In this document: in pieces, positions 27,890 through 36,377 of the stretch
Layout of the letters: each line of letters starts with the position of its first letter
Position numbering within the stretch: the stretch's first letter is position 1
Origin: Burkholderiales bacterium
Lineage (GTDB): Bacteria; Pseudomonadota; Gammaproteobacteria; Burkholderiales; WYBJ01
Reading direction: 5' to 3'
Length of the DNA stretch: 64,000 nt
Assembly (NCBI GenBank): GCA_020848435.1
Contig: JADLAC010000043.1
Location: 670 to 64,669 of the forward strand
Translations under genes and position numbers: made by a program
The notes under the pieces: generated by a model
Told to the model about the DNA's origin: nothing
Database searches by the model: none
The model's input: only the letters and a program-made list of their open reading frames with translations

Positions 27890-28879
27890 TCACTCGCCGC
27901 GGATGTTGGCGTCCTTGATCAACTTCGCCCACAGCGCCATTTCCGTGCGCCGGATGTGCGCGTATTGCTGCGGCGTGGTATCGGCCGGCAGGTAGCCGAT
28001 CTTGCTCATCAACGCGACGACATCGGGCATGCGCACCACCTTTGCCGTCTCCTCGTACAGGCGCCGTACGATTGCCGGCGGGGTGCGCGCCGGCGCCTCG
28101 AAGCTGCTCCAGGCCTGGACGTGAAATCCGGGGAAGCCCGACTCGATCATCGTCGGCAGCTCGGGCATCAGCGCGGAGCGTTCCAGGCCGGTGCCCGCCA
28201 GCGCGCGCAGCCTGCCCGCGCGCACGTGCGCGAGGGAAGCCGCGAAGCTGCCGAAGATCATCTGCGCCTCGCCGGCGAGCACGGCGGTGGCGGCAGGAAC
28301 GCCGCCCTTGTAGGCAACGTGCACGATGTCCACGCCGGCGCGATGCTTGAAGAGCTCCGCCGCGAGGTGCAGCGGGCTGCCGATGCCGCCCGAGGCATAG
28401 TTGAGGCTGCGCGGCTTGGCCCTCGCCAGGGCCACGAGCTCGCCGACGCTCGCGGCGGCGACCGAAGGGTGGACGGCCAGCATGAAGGATGCGGTCGCGA
28501 ACTGCGTGATCGGCGCGAAGTCCCTGGCCGTGTCATAAGGCAGCTTGTACAGGCTGGGCGCGGCGGTCACGCCCGTCGACGAGCCCATGAAGAGCGTGTA
28601 ACCGTCGGGCGCGGAGCGGGCGACGATCTCGGCCGCGAGTACGCCCGCGGCCCCCGGCCGATTGTCGATCACGATCGGCTGGCCCAGCGCCTGGCCCAGC
28701 TTCGGCGCAATCAGCCGTGCCATCGAGTCGGTACCACCGCCGGGCGGAAACGGAAGCACGAGCCGGACCGGCCGCTCGGGGTAGACCTGGGCGGGTGCGG
28801 GATCGATGCCCGCCAGCAACGCGACGGCGAAGGTCGCGAAGCGCACGCACATGCGGCGCCGATAGGAACACGAGTACAT
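27890..28879 (-). CDS. Bug/TctC-family substrate-binding protein (329 aa)
   Basis: The ATG at 28879 follows GGAGGTGATCG. ...FAVALLAGIDPAPAQVYPERPVRLVLPFPPGGGTD... Confidence 0.9.
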   Translation of the reverse strand: MYSCSYRRRMCVRFATFAVALLAGIDPAPAQVYPERPVRLVLPFPPGGGTDSMARLIAPKLGQALGQPIVIDNRPGAAGVLAAEIVARSAPDGYTLFMGSSTGVTAAPSLYKLPYDTARDFAPITQFATASFMLAVHPSVAAASVGELVALARAKPRSLNYASGGIGSPLHLAAELFKHRAGVDIVHVAYKGGVPAATAVLAGEAQMIFGSFAASLAHVRAGRLRALAGTGLERSALMPELPTMIESGFPGFHVQAWSSFEAPARTPPAIVRRLYEETAKVVRMPDVVALMSKIGYLPADTTPQQYAHIRRTEMALWAKLIKDANIRGE

Positions 28880-28943
28880 CGATCACCTCCATGGATGCGG
28901 CACAAGCGAAGCGTACAGCGAACGACCTGCGGTGCAAATCGCA

Positions 28944-29247
28944 CCCGCTCGCGCAAGCAGGCCGATCTCACAATGATCGATACCCGGGGCATGAACGTGT
29001 TCGGCATCGTGCCCGGGGGGGCGATCCCGTCGATGCGGTGGTGATGAATGCGGAAGCGGCCGACATCGACGCCGTGATGGTCGCGGGGCACTTCGTCAAG
29101 CGCGACGGCAAGCTCGCGTTTCCCGAAGCGCGGCTGCACGAGCCGCGCGCGCAGGCGTTGGAATCGCGCCTGCGGCTCATGGCGCAGGCCGATTATGCGT
29201 ACGCGCCGTTTCCGCGCGGTCCGCTGCCCGAGCGTTACCTCGTATAG
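28944..29247 (+). pseudogene. C-terminal remnant (~95 codons) of an amidohydrolase-superfamily gene, frameshifted in a G7 run
   Basis: One frame reads KQADLTMIDTRGMNVFGIVPGG. After the G run at 29015-29021 the next frame reads DPVDAVVMNAEAADIDAVMVAGHFVKRDGKL.... Joined, these form the typical amidohydrolase C-terminus. No N-terminal ~300 codons exist, and the Bug gene start lies 65 nt away. Confidence 0.6.
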
Positions 29248-29447
29248 GAGCCGCATGCGTTCCGTGGCGAGGATGATGATCTGGGCGGCCGGCGTAGTTC
29301 CGCGGGCCAGAGGCGCTTGGTCGTCCTCGATACCCAGCTTCTTCTTCCGCGTGGAAGCCGTTCGCGACGCGAGGCAGCACACGCTCGCACCGCGATCGTC
29401 GCTAGAATAGTCGCATCGGCCGCACAATCCTGGGGAGGACGACATCG

Positions 29448-30917
29448 ATGGGACCGACGCAAGCACTCGCGCAATGGACCGCGGGATTGCGCTACGACGA
29501 CCTGGCGCGGGAGGTCGTCGAGCAGGCCTGCCACATCATCGCGGATACGCTCGGCTGCTGCCTGGCGGCCTTCGCCGAGGACCGGGAGAAGTGCCGCGTC
29601 GCCACCGGCGTAGCGAAGCTCTACGCCGATCCGCGCGGCGCGACCGTGATCCGCGGCCGCGGGCTGCGCGCGCGCCCGGCGTTCGCCGCGCTTGCCAACG
29701 GCATACTCGCCAATGCCGCCGACAACGACGACACCCACAAGCGCGCGCTGCTGCATACCGGCTCGGTGGTCGTGCCGGCCGTGCTCGCGATGGCGCAGGC
29801 GCACCGGCGCTCCGGTGCGGATGCCATCGCGGCACTGGTGGCCGGATACGAAGTCGCGGTGCGCGTGGGCATGGCGGTGATGCCGACGCATTACCGCTTC
29901 TGGCACAGCACAGCTACCAACGGCACCTTCGGCGCTGCCGCGGCCGCCGCCTACGCGTTGGGGCTGGATGCCGGCGGCGTGCAGCGTGCGCTCGGCCTCG
30001 CCGGCACCCAGGCCGCCGGCCTCAACACCTTCTTCGAGTCCGGCGACATGACCAAGAGCATCCATCCGGGTAAGGCCGCGTGCAACGGCATCCTGTCGGC
30101 GGAGCTCGCCCGCCTCGGCGCCACCAGCCCGCCGGCGATCCTCGAGCACCCGAAGGGCTATCTCGCCGCGTTCTCGACCGATCCCGATCCGGCAGCGCTG
30201 GTGCGGGGGCTGGGCACGCAGTGGGAGATCCTGCAAAACGGCTTCAAGTACTTCCCCTCGATCCTGGCGAGCCACTCGCCGATCCAGGCGACGCTGCGAA
30301 TCGTACAGAAACACCCGGTCGATGCGCGTGACATCGTAGCCATCACCAACGAAACCTACAACACGGTGAAGAGCCACTTCAGCAACAAGACGGTCGGCAG
30401 CGTCATGGCGGCGCGCGTTTCAGTGCCGTATTGCATCGCCATCGCGGCGGTCGACCGCGAGCTGACCCAGCGGCAGTTCACGCCGCAACGTTACACCGAC
30501 CCGCTGGTACAGCAGGTGCTCGCGAAGACCGAGGTGGTGGCCGATGAGAAGCTCAACAAGCTCTACCCCGACAAGTTTCCGGCGCGGGTCACCATCCGCT
30601 TGAAGGACGGGACGGCGCTGCAGGAAACCGTGCTGTTCCCGAAGGGCGATCCGCAGGACCCGCTCTCGGCAGCCGAGCTTGAAGCCAAGTTCCGTGACAA
30701 CGCGGCCGCCTGCCTCACCTCCGCCGAGGCCGATGCACTGCTGGATGCGATCTACGCGTTGCCGAAAGCTGGGAGCGTGTCGCGGCTTGCGCGCTTGCTC
30801 GCAGGCGCGCCGGCTTCGAAGCGAATGTTGCCCGCGAAGGCCGCAGGGCGATCGACCAAAGGGCGTGCGAGGCTCGCGCGGCGCACGAAAGCAGCGCGCA
30901 AGCGCGGCTTGAAATAG
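29448..30917 (+). CDS. MmgE/PrpD-family protein (2-methylcitrate dehydratase superfamily) with a Lys/Arg-rich C-terminal tail
   Basis: MGPTQALAQWTAGLRYDDLAREVVEQACHIIADTLGCCLAA... is a typical MmgE/PrpD N-terminus. The ATG follows GGGGAGGA. The tail is ...KAAGRSTKGRARLARRTKAARKRGLK. Confidence 0.9.
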   Translation: MGPTQALAQWTAGLRYDDLAREVVEQACHIIADTLGCCLAAFAEDREKCRVATGVAKLYADPRGATVIRGRGLRARPAFAALANGILANAADNDDTHKRALLHTGSVVVPAVLAMAQAHRRSGADAIAALVAGYEVAVRVGMAVMPTHYRFWHSTATNGTFGAAAAAAYALGLDAGGVQRALGLAGTQAAGLNTFFESGDMTKSIHPGKAACNGILSAELARLGATSPPAILEHPKGYLAAFSTDPDPAALVRGLGTQWEILQNGFKYFPSILASHSPIQATLRIVQKHPVDARDIVAITNETYNTVKSHFSNKTVGSVMAARVSVPYCIAIAAVDRELTQRQFTPQRYTDPLVQQVLAKTEVVADEKLNKLYPDKFPARVTIRLKDGTALQETVLFPKGDPQDPLSAAELEAKFRDNAAACLTSAEADALLDAIYALPKAGSVSRLARLLAGAPASKRMLPAKAAGRSTKGRARLARRTKAARKRGLK

Positions 30918-30958
30918 CGCGCTGCGAATCGATCTTCGCGCGGGCGCTCGCGGGCTGC

Positions 30959-32032
30959 TCAGTTCGCCGGTATCGTGATCAGCGGAAGCTGCGGCACCGC
31001 GCCCGTCTCCGCGATCGACGAAAAGATCCGCAGGAAGGTGAACACCCGTTTGGAGCTCAGATCGCGATCGTCGATCCAGAACCAATGGTCGCGATAGCGC
31101 ACGGCGATGTACGCGTCCTGCGGCGGCGTGACGCTCGAGCGAATGCGCGCGAGCGGGTACTCGCCCGGGCCGGCCGCCGCGGCTGCTGGGTTCGGCTCGC
31201 GCGCGCGCCCTTCCGCCAGGTGCTGCTGCGGGACTTCCACGCCGGCGGAGAGCTCCACCAGCATTTCCATCAGCGAGCGCGTGAGCAGCGTGAGCTCGTT
31301 GTCCCGATGCCGCAACGAGCCGAAGCCGAGCTCCAACTCCTTGACCGCGTCCGGGATGCCGAGCGCCCGCTTGAGGTCCAGGATCGCGGCGCCCAGATCC
31401 GCGTCGACCTGCTCGCGAAAGAAGATGATCGTCACGTCCCCGGCGCGTGTCTTCTGTACCCGCACCCCCAACGCGCCCGCCTGCTGCAGGCGTCGAAACG
31501 CGCGAATCACCCGCTCGAACTCGGGATCGCGAGCGCGGGCGCGAGCGGGCGCGCCCGAATAGTTATAGACATCGTTGATCGCCCGTACGCCGGCCTGCAG
31601 GATGAAGTCGGCTTGGTGGCCCGCCTGGATCATGGCGAAAATCGCCTGCGGCGGGATCGGCCGCAGCAGATGATTGACGAACTTTTCGCCGGCGAGCGGC
31701 GCATATGCGATGGTCGGCCGATCGATATAGATCCCGCTCGCGCCGAGCTCCTTGTAAGTCCCCTGCGGCGCGCTGCGGAAGATGCGCGTGCCCAGCTCCA
31801 CCTGGCTCTGCAAAGTATATGAGCTGATCACCGACGACACGTCGAGGAACACCGGCGGGTCGAAATAGCGCAGCTTGACGATGTTGAGCAGCGCCTGTTC
31901 TTTCCAGGAATCGCCGATGGCGGTCGCGTAGTCGAGCCGATCGCGCTGCACGCTGCCCACGCCGATGGTCTGGCACGCGGACAACATGCCCGCCAGCAGG
32001 ATCAGCGCCGTCGGGTGGATCGATGGGCGCAT
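30959..32032 (-). CDS. Hypothetical lipoprotein (~357 aa)
   Basis: MRPSIHPTALILLAGMLSAC has a lipobox (L-S-A-C). It lies immediately downstream of the CocE/NonD gene: stop 32045-32047, GTG 32044, ATG 32032. I recognise no family. Confidence 0.6.
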   Translation of the reverse strand: MRPSIHPTALILLAGMLSACQTIGVGSVQRDRLDYATAIGDSWKEQALLNIVKLRYFDPPVFLDVSSVISSYTLQSQVELGTRIFRSAPQGTYKELGASGIYIDRPTIAYAPLAGEKFVNHLLRPIPPQAIFAMIQAGHQADFILQAGVRAINDVYNYSGAPARARARDPEFERVIRAFRRLQQAGALGVRVQKTRAGDVTIIFFREQVDADLGAAILDLKRALGIPDAVKELELGFGSLRHRDNELTLLTRSLMEMLVELSAGVEVPQQHLAEGRAREPNPAAAAAGPGEYPLARIRSSVTPPQDAYIAVRYRDHWFWIDDRDLSSKRVFTFLRIFSSIAETGAVPQLPLITIPAN

Positions 32033-32044
32033 GGCGAGATGCAC

Positions 32045-34066
32045 TCAGTTGCCCTTGCGTGCCACGCGCTGGTCGAAGCTGCGGTCGAAGACTCGCGCTT
32101 CGCCTTCGAAGCCCGCGACCCGCGCCGCGATCACGAAATGCCGCGCCGTGCACGTCACCGTCGTACTGCATAACGTGCGAATGCGCCAATCCCCGCGCTC
32201 GAACTCCCACTGGCAATCCATCGCGGCGCTCGCCCGCAGCGGATCGTCCTCGCGCACGCTGTAGCGCTCGGTCGAGCGGGCCTCGGCGATGAGATCGATT
32301 TCATCGTAGCGGATGCGTCCGCCGCGGTCGTCGATCTCGACCACGGTATCGCCGGTGCCAACGTCGGTGTGGATCGAGCGCCGGCGTCCGCCCGTTGTGA
32401 GCACGGTACGCGCCGCCGGCGGCGCGGCTTCCAAGCGCGGGAAGCGCACCGCCTGGTCGGCGCGCAACGGCGGGCGCCGCGGCAGCTCGATGCTGCTCTT
32501 GCCGGTGAAGAGCGTCAGCGTCACGGGCGCGGGCGAGGGCCAGATAAGCGGCCAGTAGGTCGTCGACAGCGCGACCCGGATGCGATGTCCGCGCTCGAAC
32601 GCGTAGCCGGCCGGTGTCAGCGGCACGCGCACGCGATAGCGCTTGCCGGGCACCAGTGGGGTCGGACGCTCGGCGCCGGCGAGATGCGTGAGGTTGAGCA
32701 CGCCGTAAGTCGCGCGCGCGGAGGTGCCGTCGGTGGCCACGTCGCACAACCGCACGCAGATGAACGCCGCCGGGCGATCCACGGCAAGCTCCAGGGTTGC
32801 TATCGGCGCACCGAGGATTTCCAGCCGGCGCGGGAGCGGATCGGAATCGAACACGAGCGACTTGCCGTCGTCGGCACGCTGGTCGCCCGGAAGTTCCGCG
32901 CTCTCGCCGTGTTGGAACCACGGCATCAGCTCGCCGCATTCGAGCCCCAGGGTCTGCGGCGATCGCCATTGCACCCGGCTCACCTTCCCAGCCCGAGCCG
33001 CCAGTCGCCCGCTTGCGTTCAATGCCAAGCGCATCGGCTCGATGCGCGGCGAGGGCCACGTCGCCTCGACCACCCAGCGCCCGGGCGATTGCGCGTAGAA
33101 GGGCTTCGCCGGCACCGGCCCCGCCATCCAGGCGGTGAGCATGGGCTCGCGCAACATGCCGCTATCGCGCCCGCGCATCCATTGGTCGAACCAGCGCAGC
33201 GTCTCCTGCAGAAAGCCGACCGCCGGACCGGGCACGCCCAGGTGGGGAAACCGATGGCCCCACGCGCCGATCAGGCCGCGGCGGGGAACATCGAGCTTCG
33301 CCAACGCTTCGCCCACCGCGCCGACGTAGGCGCCGTCGGCCCAGCCGCTCGCCGCATAGACGGGGCACCGGATCCTGCCGAAATCGATCGCCCGGCTCTT
33401 CCAGTAGGCGTCGTGCGCCTGGTGCTCGAGCGCCGCGATGACCTGGGGCGCATCGTGCTCGAGCCGCTCCAGCCACATGGCGCGCCAGCGTTCGCCGACC
33501 CGCCTGGGGTCGGGCGGGCGCGATTTATAGCCCATCATCTGCGTCGACCAGCGGATCGAGCGCAGCAGCACGCAGCCGCCGCGATACACCTGGCTGTAAA
33601 TGTATCGATCCGGCGCGAACGAGCACGGCACGATCGCCTTGAGCTGAGCCGGGCTGCGGTATGCCGTCTGGATGGCCTGGAAGCCGCCCCAGGAGAGCCC
33701 GAACATCCCGACCTGGCCGTCGCTCCAGGGCTGGGCGGCGATCCATTCCAACACGCTCAAGGTGTCGTCCTGTTCCTGGCGCATCGCGAACACGCCCTGG
33801 TGGCCGTCGGAGTCGCCGGAGCCGCGAATGTCCACGCGCAGACAAGCGTAGCCATGGCCCGCGAAATAGCGGTGGTGCATTGCATCGCGCGGCGCGGAGA
33901 TGTCGCGGCTGCGATACGGCAGCACTTCGATGATCGCAGGCACGCGCCGGCTGCGGGCCATGTCGGGCAGCCAAAGCTTCGCGGCAAGTCGCGCGCCGTC
34001 GGGCATCGGTATCCAGCAGTCGTCGGTCTCGGCCCAGGTGTGCGGAAAGCGTTCGATGGTCTTCAT
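32045..34066 (-). CDS. CocE/NonD-family (S15 X-Pro dipeptidyl-peptidase-like) alpha/beta hydrolase
   Basis: MKTIERFPHTWAETDDCWIPMPDGARLAAKLWLPD...VPAIIEVLPYRSRD...GYACLRVDIRGSGDSDG...VGMFGLSWGG contains the nucleophile elbow GxSWGG. The tracked ORF starts 13 codons earlier. Confidence 0.85.
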   Translation of the reverse strand: MKTIERFPHTWAETDDCWIPMPDGARLAAKLWLPDMARSRRVPAIIEVLPYRSRDISAPRDAMHHRYFAGHGYACLRVDIRGSGDSDGHQGVFAMRQEQDDTLSVLEWIAAQPWSDGQVGMFGLSWGGFQAIQTAYRSPAQLKAIVPCSFAPDRYIYSQVYRGGCVLLRSIRWSTQMMGYKSRPPDPRRVGERWRAMWLERLEHDAPQVIAALEHQAHDAYWKSRAIDFGRIRCPVYAASGWADGAYVGAVGEALAKLDVPRRGLIGAWGHRFPHLGVPGPAVGFLQETLRWFDQWMRGRDSGMLREPMLTAWMAGPVPAKPFYAQSPGRWVVEATWPSPRIEPMRLALNASGRLAARAGKVSRVQWRSPQTLGLECGELMPWFQHGESAELPGDQRADDGKSLVFDSDPLPRRLEILGAPIATLELAVDRPAAFICVRLCDVATDGTSARATYGVLNLTHLAGAERPTPLVPGKRYRVRVPLTPAGYAFERGHRIRVALSTTYWPLIWPSPAPVTLTLFTGKSSIELPRRPPLRADQAVRFPRLEAAPPAARTVLTTGGRRRSIHTDVGTGDTVVEIDDRGGRIRYDEIDLIAEARSTERYSVREDDPLRASAAMDCQWEFERGDWRIRTLCSTTVTCTARHFVIAARVAGFEGEARVFDRSFDQRVARKGN

Positions 34067-34148
34067 CGCGGATGTCCCAGTCTGCAACACAAACGGTCGG
34101 GGCAACGGTTGGGGTCAAACGGTTGGGGTCGAATGCTGCAACGGCACT

Positions 34149-35147
34149 TTAGTCCACGCGGATGTTGAACGCCTTCACCACGGCGCCAATGCGCGCGCGC
34201 TCGGTCTGGATGAACTTGTCGAAGCCGCGCGGAGTGTCGGTGTAGACGTCGAGCCCGAGGCTCGTCTGGCGTTCCTTGACATCGGGCGCGAGCACCGCGG
34301 CACTGATCGCGGCGTTCAGCGCCGCGACGACCGGTGCGGGCGTGGCCGCGGGCGCGACGATGCCGAACCAGGTTCCCCCCTCGTAGCCCTTCAGCCCAAC
34401 CTCGCCGAAGGCCGGAATGTCCGGAAACATGGCGAGGCGCTTTTCGCTGCACACGCCGATCACCTTGAGCTTGCCGTTCTTCATCTGCGGGGCCACCAGC
34501 GCCATGCCCGTGAAATTGAGCAGCACGCGCCCGGCCAGCAGCTCGAGCGTCGCAGGCGCCGATCCCTTGAAGGCGACGTGCAGCAGCTTCACCCCCGCCA
34601 GCAGCTCGAACATGGCGCCGGCGAGATGCCCGGCCGAGCCGTTTCCGGTCGATGCGAACGCCAGCGTGCCGGGCTTCGACCTCGCCAATGCGATCAGCTC
34701 CGCGGGCGCGTTGGCGGCGAGCGATGGATGCGCGGCGACGACGTAGGAATACGCGGTTATGGGCGCGACCGGCACGAAATCCCGAGCGGCATCGTAGGGC
34801 AGGCGGCCGTAGACGTGCGGATTGATCGACATCGAGCCCGCCGAGGCGAACAGCAGCGTATAGCCGTCGGGATTTGCCTTGGCACCGAGCTCGGTGCCGA
34901 TGATGGTGTTCGCGCCGGGACGATGATCGAACACGATCTGCTGCTTCCAGCGCTCGGTGAGCTTGACCGCTATCGGGCGCAACAAAGTGTCGCCGACCCC
35001 GCCCGGCGAGAACGGCACGATGAGCCGTATCGGCCGGCTCGGGTAGTCGGTCGCTTCCTTCTGGGCGTGCGCGGCGCTCACCATGGCGGCCACGACCGCG
35101 CCTGCGACGAATCGAGCTGCTTTCAATGCCTTCACCCTCATCGTCAT
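34149..35147 (-). CDS. Bug/TctC-family substrate-binding protein
   Basis: MTMRVKALKAARFVAGAVVAAMVSAAHAQKEATDYPSRPIRLIVPFSPGGVGD... The start is ambiguous (35147, 35141 or tracked 35186). It lies about 70 nt downstream of the YeeE-like gene on the same strand. Confidence 0.85.
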   Translation of the reverse strand: MTMRVKALKAARFVAGAVVAAMVSAAHAQKEATDYPSRPIRLIVPFSPGGVGDTLLRPIAVKLTERWKQQIVFDHRPGANTIIGTELGAKANPDGYTLLFASAGSMSINPHVYGRLPYDAARDFVPVAPITAYSYVVAAHPSLAANAPAELIALARSKPGTLAFASTGNGSAGHLAGAMFELLAGVKLLHVAFKGSAPATLELLAGRVLLNFTGMALVAPQMKNGKLKVIGVCSEKRLAMFPDIPAFGEVGLKGYEGGTWFGIVAPAATPAPVVAALNAAISAAVLAPDVKERQTSLGLDVYTDTPRGFDKFIQTERARIGAVVKAFNIRVD

Positions 35148-35219
35148 CTTCAAAGTTGGGGTCACGAAGTTCACACAAGTCCACAATGCAATCCGCGAGA
35201 CCTGACCCCAAGTCCACCG

Positions 35220-36347
35220 TCAGGCTTCGCGCAGCATGCGCCAGTACTGGTATTTCATGGTGAGCACGGCGCCGATGACGATCGCGAAGAAGGTGAGAAT
35301 CGAGCCGAGCGCGAAGGTGGAGATGCCGGTGACCCCCTGGCCGATGGTGCATCCCATCGCGAGCACCCCGCCGGTGCCCATGAGCGCGCCACCCAGCACG
35401 TGGTTGCCGAAATCTCCCCACGAGAAGAAACGTTCGACGCGGAAATCTTTCGCCGCAAGGGCATGCAGCAGCGCGCCGAGGATCACGCCCGCGAGCGCGA
35501 CCACGCCGAAATTGACCAGCGACAGCCGGGCAGGGTCCATGAGATAGCGCACGCTGTCGCCCATGGGCGAGATGAAGGTGAAGGATTGCGCCTGCACGCG
35601 GCTCGGGATCTCGGTCGCCATCTCGGCGTATTCCTTCCACGCCTGCCCCATAGGCCCCGCGGTGAGATACCAGCCCGCCACGACGGCGAGGCCGACCACC
35701 GCGCCGCCCAGGATGTGGTCGAAGTCGCCCGTGAAGTCGCGCGACTTGAATACCCACGCGAGCATCGCCACGGCAGCCACGCCGGCCACGCCGAGCTTCG
35801 CTGCCGGGCTCGCCTCGAAGCCGAACATGCCCGCCAGTATCGCGCCCACCTCCTGCGAGGCCATGCCGTGGCGGGCGAGATCGATGCTGGTCGCCTGCAC
35901 CCAGGGCAGAAATGCCTTCTCGTACACGGGTGTCCACAACATGAGGTAGGCGCATAGCGCCGCCACCGCCAGCACCGTCAGCGACTTCACGTTGCCCCCG
36001 CCGATCCGAACCAGCGTGCGATTACCGCAGCCACTCGCGAGCGTCATGCCGATGCCGAACGTGAGGCCGCCGGCAAGATAACGCAGCCACGAGAAACTGG
36101 CGCTGCGATACGGCGGAAAAGTGTCGGTCGAGAGCCTAGCCAGACCCGCCGCCTCCAGCACGATCACGCCGGCGAGCGCGATCGCCATCGCGAACACCCA
36201 GGCGCGCATGCGTCCCGTGTGCCCCATGTTGACCCAGTCGGACACCGCGCCCATGGTGCAGAAGCGCGTCTTCTGACCGACCGCGCCGACCACGAGCGCG
36301 ATGACGAAAACCCAGAGCAGGACTTGCTGATGTATCGTGAAATCCAT
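35220..36347 (-). CDS. YeeE/YedE-family sulfur-compound transporter (SoxT-like), 375 aa
   Basis: This is a polytopic membrane protein with the paired conserved Cys motifs of the family: QKTRFCTMGAV, ASGCGNRTLVR and LAMGCTIGQGVTG. Confidence 0.85.
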   Translation of the reverse strand: MDFTIHQQVLLWVFVIALVVGAVGQKTRFCTMGAVSDWVNMGHTGRMRAWVFAMAIALAGVIVLEAAGLARLSTDTFPPYRSASFSWLRYLAGGLTFGIGMTLASGCGNRTLVRIGGGNVKSLTVLAVAALCAYLMLWTPVYEKAFLPWVQATSIDLARHGMASQEVGAILAGMFGFEASPAAKLGVAGVAAVAMLAWVFKSRDFTGDFDHILGGAVVGLAVVAGWYLTAGPMGQAWKEYAEMATEIPSRVQAQSFTFISPMGDSVRYLMDPARLSLVNFGVVALAGVILGALLHALAAKDFRVERFFSWGDFGNHVLGGALMGTGGVLAMGCTIGQGVTGISTFALGSILTFFAIVIGAVLTMKYQYWRMLREA

Positions 36348-36377
36348 GGCGTTACCTCCGCACGAACGGCTCGTGCC

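Noticed and set aside
25716-29044. Very long ORFs 25716..27728 (-, 670 aa) and 26678..29044 (+, 788 aa)
   Set aside because: Both are off-frame or antisense read-throughs of the carboxylase, FAD-oxidoreductase and Bug genes, with Arg/Gly/Ala-dominated low-complexity translations. Only the last ~25 codons of 26678..29044 carry real signal (the amidohydrolase stump).
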